Shown here piece after piece: positions 18,734-28,977 of a DNA stretch of 64,000 bases. Where the stretch lies: assembly GCA_963829105.1 (NCBI GenBank), contig CAWHHF010000023.1, positions 125,417 to 189,416 of the forward strand. The letters are read 5' to 3'. This stretch comes from an uncultured Chloroflexia bacterium. Its GTDB lineage: Bacteria; Chloroflexota; Limnocylindria; Limnocylindrales; CSP1-4. Position numbers and translations under genes: made by a program. The notes beneath the pieces are model-generated. The model had not been told where the DNA came from. It was given only the letters and a program-made list of their open reading frames with translations, and made no database searches. How positions within the stretch are numbered: the first letter of the stretch is position 1; every line of letters begins with the position of its first letter.

Positions 18734-20119
18734 TCAGCGCAGCGCGGGCAGGCTCGCCGCCGCCACGGCCTGGCCGTGGCGCTTCTGGCGTTCATCGGCG
18801 AGGTGGAACCGGATCCCCTCCGCGGCGACCGGATCCTCGGCCCCGAGCACGGCCCGCGCGGTCTCGATGATCACGTCCCCGCCGGCACCGGTCATGACCC
18901 GTCCGAGCAACAGCAGGTGGTCCATGTCGTAGTGATCCCGGTACGTCAGCAGCGCGTAGCCGAGGTAGGTGCCGACGGTCCGGTACACGAGCTCCGCGCG
19001 GGGATCCGCCGCCGCCATCAGCTCCTGCAGGTGGACCAGGCGCTCCGGCAGCGGCGCCGAGGCGTCGACGGCGATGCCGGCGGGCGCCATCAGGCGGGCC
19101 GTGGCCTGCTGGGAGAAGTACTGCACGCCGCAGCCCCGATCGCCGGACCACTCGTCGATCGGGGCACCGGGCGAGACATCGACCGGGGCGAACGCGAGCT
19201 CGTCGATGCGCGAGGTCAGCCGGCCATCCCGGTCCACGTAGCCGGCCGCCTGGCTGGAGCCCATGGCGATCCCCAGCAGAGCGCCCGATCCGGCCAGCAT
19301 CGAACCCGCCAGAGCGGTCACCTCGCCGTCGTTCACGACCACGAACGGGATGTCCTCCCAGGCGTGCCGCAGCTCGTGGAACAGGCCCCGGACCCGCGCC
19401 TCGAAGGCCTCCGGCGGGACCGAGCGGAAGAGCGAGGCCGCCCGCACCTCGTTGTCCACGTAGGCGCCCGCCGAGCTGCCGCCGATGGCGTCCACCCGCG
19501 GCAGGTGGGCGCCGGCGCGGCGCAGCGAATCCATGACCTGGTCGAAGTGCCACTGGGGATCCGCGTGCCGCGAGGGGTCCCACAGGATCTCCTCGCTGAA
19601 CACCACCTCGCCGTCGATCACGGCGGCAGCCTTGCGGTCGCTGGCGCCCAGGTCGAAGCCGATCCGGCAGCCGTCGAGATGGCGGCCCAGGGCGACAGCG
19701 GCCTCGCGCTCGGGCGGGAAGCCGGACTCCGGCGCCTCCACGACCTCGAACGGGACGCCGAACAGCCTCGGGCCCATGAAGTCCGCGTCGAAGACGCCCG
19801 CGGGGTCCGCGGCGTAGTGCCGGCGGAGGAACGCGACGAGGGACGCGGGACCGTCCACGTACAGTCGCGCGCCGCCCCGGGACCACAGCAGGAACTTGCA
19901 CAGCCGCTCCACCGCACGGTACGAGGCGGCCTCGTCGGGATGGCCCGGCGGGCGCACCCACGCCTCCCGGTGCCACACGGAGCCTGCCGGCTGCTCGACG
20001 GCCAGCGCCACCCGGATCCCGCTGCCCCCTGCCGCGATGTCGGCCCGCAGCCCGGCCTCGGCGAGCGACATCGGCCGGAAGCCAGGATCGAGCGGCGGGG
20101 GCACCCTGGGCGACGTCAT
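18734..20119 (-). CDS. Long ROK-family protein with extra N-terminal domain
   Basis: RIGFDLGASDRK, VVNDGEVTALAG, GIAMGSS; ~140-aa N-terminal extension; lacks the CxCG Zn motif. Confidence 0.8.
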   Translation of the reverse strand: MTSPRVPPPLDPGFRPMSLAEAGLRADIAAGGSGIRVALAVEQPAGSVWHREAWVRPPGHPDEAASYRAVERLCKFLLWSRGGARLYVDGPASLVAFLRRHYAADPAGVFDADFMGPRLFGVPFEVVEAPESGFPPEREAAVALGRHLDGCRIGFDLGASDRKAAAVIDGEVVFSEEILWDPSRHADPQWHFDQVMDSLRRAGAHLPRVDAIGGSSAGAYVDNEVRAASLFRSVPPEAFEARVRGLFHELRHAWEDIPFVVVNDGEVTALAGSMLAGSGALLGIAMGSSQAAGYVDRDGRLTSRIDELAFAPVDVSPGAPIDEWSGDRGCGVQYFSQQATARLMAPAGIAVDASAPLPERLVHLQELMAAADPRAELVYRTVGTYLGYALLTYRDHYDMDHLLLLGRVMTGAGGDVIIETARAVLGAEDPVAAEGIRFHLADERQKRHGQAVAAASLPALR

Positions 20120-21255
20120 GGCCGCGCCGCCGCGTCGATCCAGCCAGCTCCCCGCGTGACCCGCCGGACCCGCAGGTCGTCGTCCAGCTCCACGAGGTGG
20201 GCCCGGCGACCGGCCTCGATCCGACCCCGGTCGGACGCCCCCAGGAGCGCCGCCGGGTTGGCCGAGGCGGCGGCGACCGCGACCGGGAGCGGGACGCCCT
20301 CGCGGGCGAGGTTGCGGACCGCCATGTCGATCGCGATGACCGAGCCGGCCAGGGTGTCGGTGCCCACCAGCGTCACGCGGCCGTCGTGGACCAGCACGTC
20401 CAGCCCTCCAATCGTCCCCGGGCCGTCGCCCATCCCGGCCAGGGACATCGCGTCGCTGACGAGCACCAGGCGGCCCGCCGGCTTGGTCCGCAGGATGATC
20501 GGCCACAGCGCCGGATGGACGTGGAACCCGTCCGCGACCAGCTCGACGTACGCCTCGTCGTCCGTGAGCGCCGCGACCGCGAGACCCGGCAGGCGGTGGT
20601 CCACGCCCGTCATCGCGTTGAACAGGTGGGTCGTGGTCCTGCCGCCGGCGCGATAGCCGGCCCGCGCCTCGTCCAGGGTCGCGGCGGAGTGGCCCATGGA
20701 CGGCACGATCCCCAGCCCGGCCAGCCGTTCGATGAGCGCCAGCGCTCCCGGGAGCTCCGGGGCGATCGTCATGATGCGCAGGCCGTCGAGGGAGGCGTCC
20801 ACGATCGCCGGGTCGATGGTCGCCGGCGTCCGCAGGAACCTGGGGTCGTGGGCACCCTTGCGGGCCGGGGCGATGAACGGCCCCTCCAGGTTGAAGCCCA
20901 GGGGCTCAGCCCCGTCCGCCGGCGCGGAGGACATCCAGTCGCGCACCCGGGACGCGAAGCGCGGGGTCTCGGACTCGGGCAGCGACGGGGCGGTGGGCAG
21001 GAACGAGGTCACCCCCCGCCGGAGCAGGGCCCGGGCCATCCCCGAGAGCGCGGCGGCGTCCCCGGTGGCATCGTGGCCGCCCCAGCCGTGGACGTGGACG
21101 TCGATGAGGCCGGGGGCGACCAGCGGACCGGCGAGGGCCACGGCATCGGCCGGCGCTGGGTCGACGGCGGTGATGAAGCCGTCCTCGATCGTGATTCGGC
21201 CGGGGACGACCGCATCGTCCAGGACGAGGCGTCCGGTGACGACCTCAGGTTGCAT
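20116..21255 (-). CDS. nagA: N-acetylglucosamine-6-phosphate deacetylase
   Basis: PGLIDVHVHG, LEGPFI..RKGAH, TIAPE, GHS, THLFNAM, DGFHV, VSDA, LAGS. Confidence 0.9.
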   Translation of the reverse strand: MQPEVVTGRLVLDDAVVPGRITIEDGFITAVDPAPADAVALAGPLVAPGLIDVHVHGWGGHDATGDAAALSGMARALLRRGVTSFLPTAPSLPESETPRFASRVRDWMSSAPADGAEPLGFNLEGPFIAPARKGAHDPRFLRTPATIDPAIVDASLDGLRIMTIAPELPGALALIERLAGLGIVPSMGHSAATLDEARAGYRAGGRTTTHLFNAMTGVDHRLPGLAVAALTDDEAYVELVADGFHVHPALWPIILRTKPAGRLVLVSDAMSLAGMGDGPGTIGGLDVLVHDGRVTLVGTDTLAGSVIAIDMAVRNLAREGVPLPVAVAAASANPAALLGASDRGRIEAGRRAHLVELDDDLRVRRVTRGAGWIDAAARP

Positions 21256-22402
21256 CCCGCACCTCCCAGAACGCGGACCACATGGCGGCGATGTTGTCCG
21301 CCGGCACGTTCGGCTGGATGTTGTGGACCGCGGCGAAGACGAACCCGCCGCCCTCCCGGAGGTCGGCGACGCGTCGCCGGACCTCCGCCCGGACCTCGTC
21401 GGGCGAGCCGGCCCCGAGGACCCGCTGGGTGTCGACGCCGCCGCCCCAGAAGACCAGGTCGCGCCCGAAGTCGCGCTTGAGGCCGGCGCTATCCATCCCC
21501 GTCGCGGAGACCTGGACGGGGTTGAGGATGTCCACGCCGATCTCGATCAGGTCGGGGACCAGCTCCCGGATTGCGCCGCAGCTGTGGAAGAAGACCTTCG
21601 CGGACGTTCGGGCGTGGATGAACGAGAACAGCTCCAGCTGCAGCGGCTTCACCAGCGACCGGTACGTCGCCGGCGAGAACAGCGTCCGGTCCTGGCCGCC
21701 GAGGTCGTCCGCCTCGCCGACGACGTCCACCAGGTCGCCCAGCTCCCGCAGGGCCCGGTCCCAGTAGGCGAGCTTGATCTCCAGGATCTTCTCCATCACC
21801 TGCCGGGCTCGCCCGGGCTCCGCGGCCAGGTCCATGTACCCGTCCTCGAAGCCGCGCATCTTGAACAGGCCCTCGGAGAGGCCGCCGCAGATGGATCCGG
21901 CGAAGACCGCGCGTCCCTCGCCCTCGGCGATCCGCCGCGCGGCGTCGGCCATGCCCAGGTACCGGCCCGGATCCGTCGCGTCGGGCCACGGGAACGCATC
22001 GATCGTCGCCGCATCCACCTCGCCTGCCAGCGGCGCTCCGAACGAGTCGTAGTACAGCCCGCCGTTGACCGGCATCCGCCGGCCCACGCCCCACTCGTCG
22101 CGGAACGAGCGGTAGCCGTCCCGTTCCACCACCTCGCGGCGGTACCCGGCGGCTGGTCGCGGGCCGACCGGCCTCACGTCGCAGCCGAGCAGGTCCATGG
22201 CATCCGTGTCGACCTCGGCGAGCTGCTGGGTGAGATCGCCCACGCGGATGTCCACCGGCGGCAGGTCGAGGGCGGCCCGGAGGGCGGCGTAGGCACGGAC
22301 GTGGATGCCCGTCATCCGCGACCCGCCGAGGTCGTACGGGATGCGGTCCGGCTCGCGGTGGTCGAGCGTCGCGCGGATCCGCTCCCGGGACGCCCCGATC
22401 AC
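21245..22402 (-). CDS. Uroporphyrinogen decarboxylase / MtaA-CmuA family protein
   Basis: SRERI..L.H.EPDRIP, DEWG, DDLGGQ, FFHSCG, LNPVQ, FWGGGVDTQ, HNIQPNVP. Confidence 0.85.
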   Translation of the reverse strand: MIGASRERIRATLDHREPDRIPYDLGGSRMTGIHVRAYAALRAALDLPPVDIRVGDLTQQLAEVDTDAMDLLGCDVRPVGPRPAAGYRREVVERDGYRSFRDEWGVGRRMPVNGGLYYDSFGAPLAGEVDAATIDAFPWPDATDPGRYLGMADAARRIAEGEGRAVFAGSICGGLSEGLFKMRGFEDGYMDLAAEPGRARQVMEKILEIKLAYWDRALRELGDLVDVVGEADDLGGQDRTLFSPATYRSLVKPLQLELFSFIHARTSAKVFFHSCGAIRELVPDLIEIGVDILNPVQVSATGMDSAGLKRDFGRDLVFWGGGVDTQRVLGAGSPDEVRAEVRRRVADLREGGGFVFAAVHNIQPNVPADNIAAMWSAFWEVRDAT

Positions 22403-23139
22403 GGCCGACCCTCCGGGGTGCCGTCGTCCATGTCGAAGCGGACGTCGAGGGCATAGCGATCGCCCGGGTAGCGCAATTCGGTCGCCTCGACCGGGCGACC
22501 CTGGACATCGGCGATGACGCGCCGTTCCACCAGCAGCGGCTCCCCGGCCGTCACCCCCAGCAGGCGCGCGTCCTCGCTCGTGGCCGCCTCGGCCATGATC
22601 GTGGCCTTTCCCCGCCGGAGCTGGAGCCCGGCCCGGCCGAGCGCCTCGTGCAGGGAACCGTCCTCGAGATCCGCCGCCATCACGACGTCCGCGGTGCGAC
22701 GGACCAGGACCGCCGTCTCGATCGCCATCGGCACGGCATCGGCCAGGCGCACGCGGCGGACGACCACGACCGGGTCCCCGTGACGGAGCTCCAGCAGACG
22801 GGCCTCGGCGTCCGTCGCGGGGCGGATCTCGCGGACGAGCAGCCGCGACGCGGGGGTGCGGCCCTGCCGCTCCATCTCGTTGGAGAAGGCCATCAGGCGG
22901 TCCGCGAACCGGTGCGACGGCGGCTCGGCGACGAAGGTGCCGCGCCCCGGGATCCGCTGGACAAGGCCGTCCTCCGCGAGGCGCTGCATGGCGTTGCGGG
23001 CCGTCATCCGGCTCACGCCGAACTCCCGGCACAGGTCGCTGTCGGAGGGGAGCCGCTCGCCGGGGCGAAGCGTCGGGACACGCTCGCGCAGCGCCAGCTC
23101 GATCTGGCGGTAGTGAGGAAGCCACGTGGTCGGCGGCAT
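22399..23139 (-). CDS. GntR (HutC/NagR/DasR subfamily) regulator with UTRA domain
   Basis: YRQIE...PGERLPS...EFGVSRMTAR...GRGTFV; UTRA-type C-terminus. Confidence 0.9.
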   Translation of the reverse strand: MPPTTWLPHYRQIELALRERVPTLRPGERLPSDSDLCREFGVSRMTARNAMQRLAEDGLVQRIPGRGTFVAEPPSHRFADRLMAFSNEMERQGRTPASRLLVREIRPATDAEARLLELRHGDPVVVVRRVRLADAVPMAIETAVLVRRTADVVMAADLEDGSLHEALGRAGLQLRRGKATIMAEAATSEDARLLGVTAGEPLLVERRVIADVQGRPVEATELRYPGDRYALDVRFDMDDGTPEGRP

Positions 23140-24077
23140 CACGCGACGCCGGCCTGCTCGGCACCGTGCACGGCCGCCCCGATCGAGCCAGCCCAGGTGC
23201 CGAGCTCCGCCGCGACCAGCGTCACCGGCTCGAGCGAGGTGATGTAGACCCGGCGCCTGAGCTCCGTCCAGATTGGCTCGAACAGGAGGTCGAAGGCGGC
23301 GGAAACTCCCCCCCCGATCACCACCCGGTCGGGCGAGAGGACGACCACCAGGTTTCCGATCCCGATCCCCAGGTACCGCCCCACGTCGGCCAGGCCCGTC
23401 AGCGCCCGTGCATCGCCGGCCCGCGCGCGCACCACCGCCTCCTCGGCCGTCGCCGTCCCACAGCACGCGGCGATCTGGTCCGCCCGGGCGAAGGCCTCCA
23501 TGCAGCCGCGGTTGCCGCAGCCGCACCAGGGCCCGTCCGGATCGATGGTCTGGTGCCCCAGCTCGCCGCCCGTTCCGTCGTGGCCCAGGTGCACGCGACC
23601 GTCGATCGCGAACACGCCGCCGACGCCGGTCCCCAGGGTCAGCCCGACCATGGACGACGCACCCCGGCCCGCGCCCAGCCGCAGCTCCGCGAGGCCGAAC
23701 GCCCGGGCATCGTTGATCAGGAACACCGGCACGCCGGCCACCTCGGCCACGTGCGCGGTGACGGGATGGCCCGCCCACGGTCCGGGCACGTTGGGCAGGA
23801 AGCGTGTCGTGCCCAGCACCGGGTCGTAGAGGCCCGGGATCCCGATCCCGATGCTGGTGACGGGCCCCCAGGCCGCGGTCGCGGCAACGGCCACCTCGGC
23901 GAGCTGTCCGGTGATGCTCGCCGGGACGCCACCGGGATCGGCCACGAGCCGCGTCGGCACCTGGTCGCGCGCGACGGTTGCCCAGGCGCCTGCCGCGTGC
24001 TCCACCACGGCCCACTTGAGGTTCGTGGCGCCCAGGTCCAGGCCGAGGTGGCGGCTGGCAGGCACGCTGGGGCTCAC
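23139..24077 (-). CDS. ROK-family sugar kinase
   Basis: LGLDLGATNLK, LINDA, TLGTGVGG, GELGH, CGCGNRGCME. Confidence 0.9.
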   Translation of the reverse strand: MSPSVPASRHLGLDLGATNLKWAVVEHAAGAWATVARDQVPTRLVADPGGVPASITGQLAEVAVAATAAWGPVTSIGIGIPGLYDPVLGTTRFLPNVPGPWAGHPVTAHVAEVAGVPVFLINDARAFGLAELRLGAGRGASSMVGLTLGTGVGGVFAIDGRVHLGHDGTGGELGHQTIDPDGPWCGCGNRGCMEAFARADQIAACCGTATAEEAVVRARAGDARALTGLADVGRYLGIGIGNLVVVLSPDRVVIGGGVSAAFDLLFEPIWTELRRRVYITSLEPVTLVAAELGTWAGSIGAAVHGAEQAGVA

Positions 24078-24083
24078 GGCCGG

Positions 24084-25073
24084 TCAGGCCTCGCCGGTGA
24101 CCCGGGTGTAGGCCGCCGCGACGGCCACGATGATCGACCCGAACACGATCTGCCGTGTCGGCTCCGGCAGGCCGAGCACCGTGAGAAGCGCCGTGAGGAC
24201 GCTCAGGATGAGCGCGCCGACGAGCGTTCCCCCGTACCCGCCCCGACCGCCGAGGATCGAGGTCCCGCCGATCACGGCGGCCGCGACCGAGGGCAGGACC
24301 AGGGAGTCGGCAAGCGACACGCTCGCGGTGTTCGTGAGGCCCGACAGGAGCAGGCCGGCGACCCCGGCCAGGAGGGCCGAGAGCACGTAGAGGACGATCA
24401 GGACCTGCCACGAGCGCGCGCCCGACAGTCGTGCGGCGACGGGGTTGTCGCCGATCGCGTACAGGAGGCGACCGTACCCGGTGCGCCGGAGACCGATGAG
24501 GATCAGCAGCATCACCGGGATCAGGACCAGGAGGCCGTGGGGCACGAACCCGAACATCGTCCCCGTGCCGAGCATCGTCAGCACGTCCGGGACGCCTGCC
24601 CCCGTCTGGACCGACTGGAGCTGCCACACGTTGGCAAGGCCCAGGACGACGAAGCTCATGCCCAGGGTCATGATCAGCGGATGGACGCGGAAGACGCCGA
24701 CGCCGATGCCGGTGAGGAGGCCGGCGAGCATCGCCGCGAGCAGCGCCACGACGATCCCCTCGGCCACGCCCCCGGGGCTGTGGACGAGCGTCGCGGTGAC
24801 GAACCCCGCCATCGACGCGACGGCCCCGACCGACAGGTCGATGCCGCCGGTGAGCATCGTGAGCGTCTGACAACCGGCCAGGATCGCCAGGGGCACCGTC
24901 GTCCGGACGATGACGTTCGCCCACGACGGGCTGACGATCCCGGGGGAGGCGATCTCGATCACCACGACGAGGACGGCGAGCAACCCGATCAGCGGGATGA
25001 TGGGTCGATCGCGGAACAGGCCTCGCCATGCGGCCACGCCGCGCCAGCGGCTGGCGCCGACCAACGCGCTCAT
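24084..25073 (-). CDS. Sugar ABC transporter permease (CUT2/RbsC type)
   Basis: GGIDLSVG, GRLLYAIGDN..AARLSG, AAVIGGTSILGGRG. Confidence 0.9.
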   Translation of the reverse strand: MSALVGASRWRGVAAWRGLFRDRPIIPLIGLLAVLVVVIEIASPGIVSPSWANVIVRTTVPLAILAGCQTLTMLTGGIDLSVGAVASMAGFVTATLVHSPGGVAEGIVVALLAAMLAGLLTGIGVGVFRVHPLIMTLGMSFVVLGLANVWQLQSVQTGAGVPDVLTMLGTGTMFGFVPHGLLVLIPVMLLILIGLRRTGYGRLLYAIGDNPVAARLSGARSWQVLIVLYVLSALLAGVAGLLLSGLTNTASVSLADSLVLPSVAAAVIGGTSILGGRGGYGGTLVGALILSVLTALLTVLGLPEPTRQIVFGSIIVAVAAAYTRVTGEA

Positions 25074-26074
25074 CTGCGGCTCCGTTGCATCTCGATGACG
25101 CTGCCGAACATGACGACCGCGATGAGGATGACGCCCTGCGCCACCAGGGCGAGGTTCGTGTCGATGCTCAGGAAGGTCATGTCCGTCTGGATCAGCTGGA
25201 GGACGACGACGCCCACGATCGGGCCGAAGACGCCGCCCCGGCCGCCGGCCAGGCTGACACCACCCAGGACCACCGCGGCGACGCTCAGCAGCGTGTACGG
25301 CCCGGGCACCGGGGTTCCGATCCCCGTGCTGGCCGTCAGCGAGAGGCCCGCGAGCGCCGCGAACAGGCCCGTGATCGCGTAGGCGAGGAACTTCGTGCGG
25401 CCGACGGGGACGCCGCTCCGGAACGCGGCCAGGCGGTCGCTGCCGATCGCGTAGATCGACAGCCCCAACCGGGACCTCGACAGCGGTATCCAGATGACCG
25501 CCACCACCACCAGCATGACGACGGCCGCCTTCGGGATCCACTCGTTGCCGAGCGACCCGACGGCCAGGGCCTTGAGCCAGGTCGCCGCGCCGCCACCGGG
25601 TGCCGATCGGACGAGGAGCGCGAAGCCTGCCCACACGAACGACATCGCGAGCGTGACCACGATGTCCGGCACGCGGGTGATCACCACGACCGCACCGTTG
25701 ATGCCGCCGAGCACGAGTCCGAGCCCGAGCACGGCCAGGACCGCCACGACACCGAACGCATCGGACTGGCCCTTCATGAGGGTCGCCGAGACGACGCTCG
25801 TCAGGGCCATCATCGACCCGATGGAGAGGTCGATCCCGCCGCCGATGACGATGACGGCCTGCGCGACGGCCGCCAGCGCGAGCGGCAGCACGGACGTCCC
25901 GAGCCCCTGGATCGGGATCGGCCCGTACCTCGGCTGGATGAGCTTGGTGAACGCCAGGAGCACGAACATGAGCGCGAGCAGGCTCAGGATCCAGGCACTG
26001 CGGCGTGCCCACCCCACGATCGCGTCGACGGGCCGGGTGCGGGCGTCCTCGATCGGCGCCGTCGCGGCGCTCAT
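25070..26074 (-). CDS. Sugar ABC transporter permease (CUT2/RbsC type)
   Basis: GGIDLSIG, IYAIGS..AAFRSGV, AAVVLGGVSLAGGRG. Confidence 0.9.
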   Translation of the reverse strand: MSAATAPIEDARTRPVDAIVGWARRSAWILSLLALMFVLLAFTKLIQPRYGPIPIQGLGTSVLPLALAAVAQAVIVIGGGIDLSIGSMMALTSVVSATLMKGQSDAFGVVAVLAVLGLGLVLGGINGAVVVITRVPDIVVTLAMSFVWAGFALLVRSAPGGGAATWLKALAVGSLGNEWIPKAAVVMLVVVAVIWIPLSRSRLGLSIYAIGSDRLAAFRSGVPVGRTKFLAYAITGLFAALAGLSLTASTGIGTPVPGPYTLLSVAAVVLGGVSLAGGRGGVFGPIVGVVVLQLIQTDMTFLSIDTNLALVAQGVILIAVVMFGSVIEMQRSRR

Positions 26075-27708
26075 GGCTCGATCCCGGGCGTCGCGCCCGG
26101 CGTGTCCGCCGGTCCGGGTGAGCCGGCGTCAGCCTCGGCCGTCGCCGGCCCCGCGGCCCCATCCGCCAGACCGACGGCCTCCGCGACCGCGAGCCCGGCA
26201 GCGGTCTCCGGCAGCGCGGCATCGGCTCGCAGGTTGTACGCGGCGCGCAGCAGCGACCGCTCGTCTGCATCCGCGCCTGAGACCTCATCCACGATCCGGC
26301 CCCCGAAGATCACGATGGCCCGGTCGCAGACAAGCTGGACCTCCTTCAGCTCCGAGGTGTAGATGAGCACCGAGGCTCCGGCCTCCGCGAGGTCGCGCAG
26401 CAGGCGGTAGATCTGCTGCTTGGTGCCGATGTCGATCCCCCGCGTCGGGTCGAAGCACAGCATGGTGTGGACGCCTTCCGCCACCCACCGGGCGATCGTC
26501 ACCTTCTGCTGGTTCCCGCCCGACAGGCGTCGCACCTCGCCGCCCGCGCGCGCATCGATCTGGAGCCGCTCCACGGCGGCGTCCACCTTGCGCCGCTCGC
26601 CGCCCAGGTCGATCCAACCCCAGCGCCTCATCCGCGAGACCAGGGGCAGCGCGATGTTCTCCCGCACGGACCGCTGCATGAGCAGGGCCTCCGCGCGATC
26701 GGCGGCCACGTAGACGAGGCCCGCCCGGATGGCGTCGGCCGGGTGGTGGAACGAGGCGGGCGAGCCGTCCACGAGCAGCTCGCCGCTGACGGGGCGCGCG
26801 GATCCGGCGAGGATGTCGAACAGCTCGTCCTGCCCCTGGCCCTCGAGGGCGACGACCCCGAGCACCTCGCCCGGGTAGAGGTCGAACGAGACCTCCTGCA
26901 GGTTCGATCGCGCCGTGAGGCCCCGGACCGAGAGACGCGACGGCGCATCCGCGGGTCGCGTCGCCGTGGCCCTGCGCTGCGCGGCCCCGGGCATGTCCCT
27001 GGCGATCTCGCCGAGCATGAGCTCGACGATCCGGTCCTCCGAGCCCTTTGTGACGTCGACGACGCCGACCGTCGCGCCTTCGCGCAGGACGGTGGCCCGG
27101 TCGCAGACGGCCGCGATCTCGATCATCCGGTGCGAGATGAAGATGACGGAGCGGTCGCCGCCCCGCTGTCGCCCCACGACCTCCAGGACTCGCTCGGTGA
27201 GGTCCGCCGGCAGGGCCGCGGTCATCTCGTCGAGCATCAGGACGTCGGGCTCGGCGGCCAGCGCCCGGGCGAGGTCGATGATCCGGAGCGACGCGAGCGG
27301 CAGGCGCCGCGCCTGGGTCGACAGGTCGAGATCGTGCAGGCCGAGCTCGCCGAGCCAGTGGCGGAACGGTCCCAGCGGCGTGTCGGTCAGCCGCAGGTTC
27401 TGGCGGATGTCGAGGTCCGGGATCAGCGCCGGCTCCTGGTACACCGAGATCAGCCCGCCGCGACGGGCCTCCCCGGGCGAGTGGACTGTGCGCTCTCTCC
27501 CGCGCACGGCAATCGTGCCGGCGTCCGGGTAGACCGCACCGGTCAGGATCTTGACGAGGGTGCTCTTGCCGGCGCCGTTGGCGCCCATCAGGGCATGGAC
27601 CTCGCCGGGTCGTACGGCCAGGGACGCGGAGTCCAGCGCCACAACCGCGCCGTAGGTCTTGGAAACGCCGGTGGCCTCGAGCAGGAGGTCGGTCGTGGTG
27701 AGGGTCAT
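26071..27708 (-). CDS. Sugar ABC transporter ATP-binding protein (tandem ABC domains, RbsA type)
   Basis: Walker A GANGAGKST, LDE, FISH, LSGGNQQK, DPTRGID. Confidence 0.9.
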   Translation of the reverse strand: MTLTTTDLLLEATGVSKTYGAVVALDSASLAVRPGEVHALMGANGAGKSTLVKILTGAVYPDAGTIAVRGRERTVHSPGEARRGGLISVYQEPALIPDLDIRQNLRLTDTPLGPFRHWLGELGLHDLDLSTQARRLPLASLRIIDLARALAAEPDVLMLDEMTAALPADLTERVLEVVGRQRGGDRSVIFISHRMIEIAAVCDRATVLREGATVGVVDVTKGSEDRIVELMLGEIARDMPGAAQRRATATRPADAPSRLSVRGLTARSNLQEVSFDLYPGEVLGVVALEGQGQDELFDILAGSARPVSGELLVDGSPASFHHPADAIRAGLVYVAADRAEALLMQRSVRENIALPLVSRMRRWGWIDLGGERRKVDAAVERLQIDARAGGEVRRLSGGNQQKVTIARWVAEGVHTMLCFDPTRGIDIGTKQQIYRLLRDLAEAGASVLIYTSELKEVQLVCDRAIVIFGGRIVDEVSGADADERSLLRAAYNLRADAALPETAAGLAVAEAVGLADGAAGPATAEADAGSPGPADTPGATPGIEP

Positions 27709-27725
27709 GCGCTCCCTGGGATCGA

Positions 27726-27756
27726 GCGGGGGCACCGGCGGCGCCGGTGCCCCCGC
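27726..27756 (-). terminator. GC-rich stem-loop after the solute-binding protein gene (attenuator / mRNA stabiliser)
   Basis: GCGGGGGCACCGGC-ggc-GCCGGTGCCCCCGC, 14-bp perfect stem, no U-tract. Confidence 0.6.
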
Positions 27757-27780
27757 GGGAAATGGACGGGGGGTCAGGGG

Positions 27781-28977
27781 CTAGGCGCCCTTGCAGCCCG
27801 ACGGAACGGTGTTGGGATCGTAGGTGGTCCAGCCGTCGATGGACAGGCTGAGCGGCCACAGCGGATCCATCCCGGGGACGGACTGCCACGCCTTGAGCTG
27901 GGCCTTGCCCGCGTCGGTCAGGTTGTCGACGACGACCGGATCGAGCAGGACGGTGTTCGGGTGACCCGCGGCGGGGTCTGCGGTGACGGTCTCGCCGTTG
28001 AGCAGCTTGAGCGCCATCGTGATGCCGGCGCCGCCGACGGCGGCGGTGTTGGTGACGGCAGCGCCCTTGAGGTCGGGGAAGCCGACCGGATCCAGGAGCT
28101 GGGACACGAACCCGCCGATGTCAGCGTCCGCGATCGGGACGAACTTCTTGTTGTTCGCCTTGACCGCGTCGATGATCTGCTTGCCCATGCCTGACGCCCA
28201 GATCCCCTGGATCTGGTCGTACTGCCCGCTGGCGATGAAGTCGTTGGTCAGCTTGGTGGTCGTGGCCGGGTCCCAACCCGTGAACACGCCCTCGGGCGTC
28301 GGGACGACCTTGATGTTCGGGTAGTCCTTGAGGACGTTCTTGAACCCGGTGTCACGGTCGGAGTCGGCCGAGTTGCCGGCGATGCCGCGTGTGTACCAGA
28401 CGTTGCCCTTGCCGCCCATCTGCTCGAACAGCCACTTGGCGCCGAGCTCGGCGTACTTCACCTGGTTGTTGTAGAGGTTCCAGGTGTTCGGATCGGTGAC
28501 GTAGCTGTCGACCGCGACGGTCTTGATCCCAGCGGCGGCGGCCTCGGCGAGCGCCGGGTTGAGCGCCTCGGGATCGTTGGGGTTGAAGACGATCGCGTCG
28601 ACGCCCTTGGCGATCAGGGTGCGGATGTCGGCCAGCTGGCCGGCGGCATCGGTGTTGCGGTGGATCACGGTGAGGTCGGAGACCGCACCCGACGCCTTGG
28701 CCTGCGCCTTGGCCGTGCAGACCTGCTCCTCGCGGAAGCCGTTACCGACGCCGCCACCGTTCGAGTAGCCGATCGTGTACTGCTTCGCGGCCGCGCTGGC
28801 CGGGGCCTGGCTGGCCGGAGCCGGCGTGGCCGCCGGAGCCGCCGTGGCCGGAGCCGGGGTGGCTGCCGGGGCCGCCGTCGCCGGAGCCGTGGTGGCGGTT
28901 GAACCGCTGCACGCCCCAACGAAGACCGCGATCGCCGCCAAGGCGACCAGGCCCCGGGTCTTGCCCAAGTGCTTCAT
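27781..28977 (-). CDS. Sugar ABC transporter substrate-binding lipoprotein
   Basis: Lipobox (VGAC), Ala/Thr/Pro linker, Peripla_BP_4-like domain (YTIGYSN, KGVDAIV); AGGAGGAG RBS. Confidence 0.9.
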   Translation of the reverse strand: MKHLGKTRGLVALAAIAVFVGACSGSTATTAPATAAPAATPAPATAAPAATPAPASQAPASAAAKQYTIGYSNGGGVGNGFREEQVCTAKAQAKASGAVSDLTVIHRNTDAAGQLADIRTLIAKGVDAIVFNPNDPEALNPALAEAAAAGIKTVAVDSYVTDPNTWNLYNNQVKYAELGAKWLFEQMGGKGNVWYTRGIAGNSADSDRDTGFKNVLKDYPNIKVVPTPEGVFTGWDPATTTKLTNDFIASGQYDQIQGIWASGMGKQIIDAVKANNKKFVPIADADIGGFVSQLLDPVGFPDLKGAAVTNTAAVGGAGITMALKLLNGETVTADPAAGHPNTVLLDPVVVDNLTDAGKAQLKAWQSVPGMDPLWPLSLSIDGWTTYDPNTVPSGCKGA

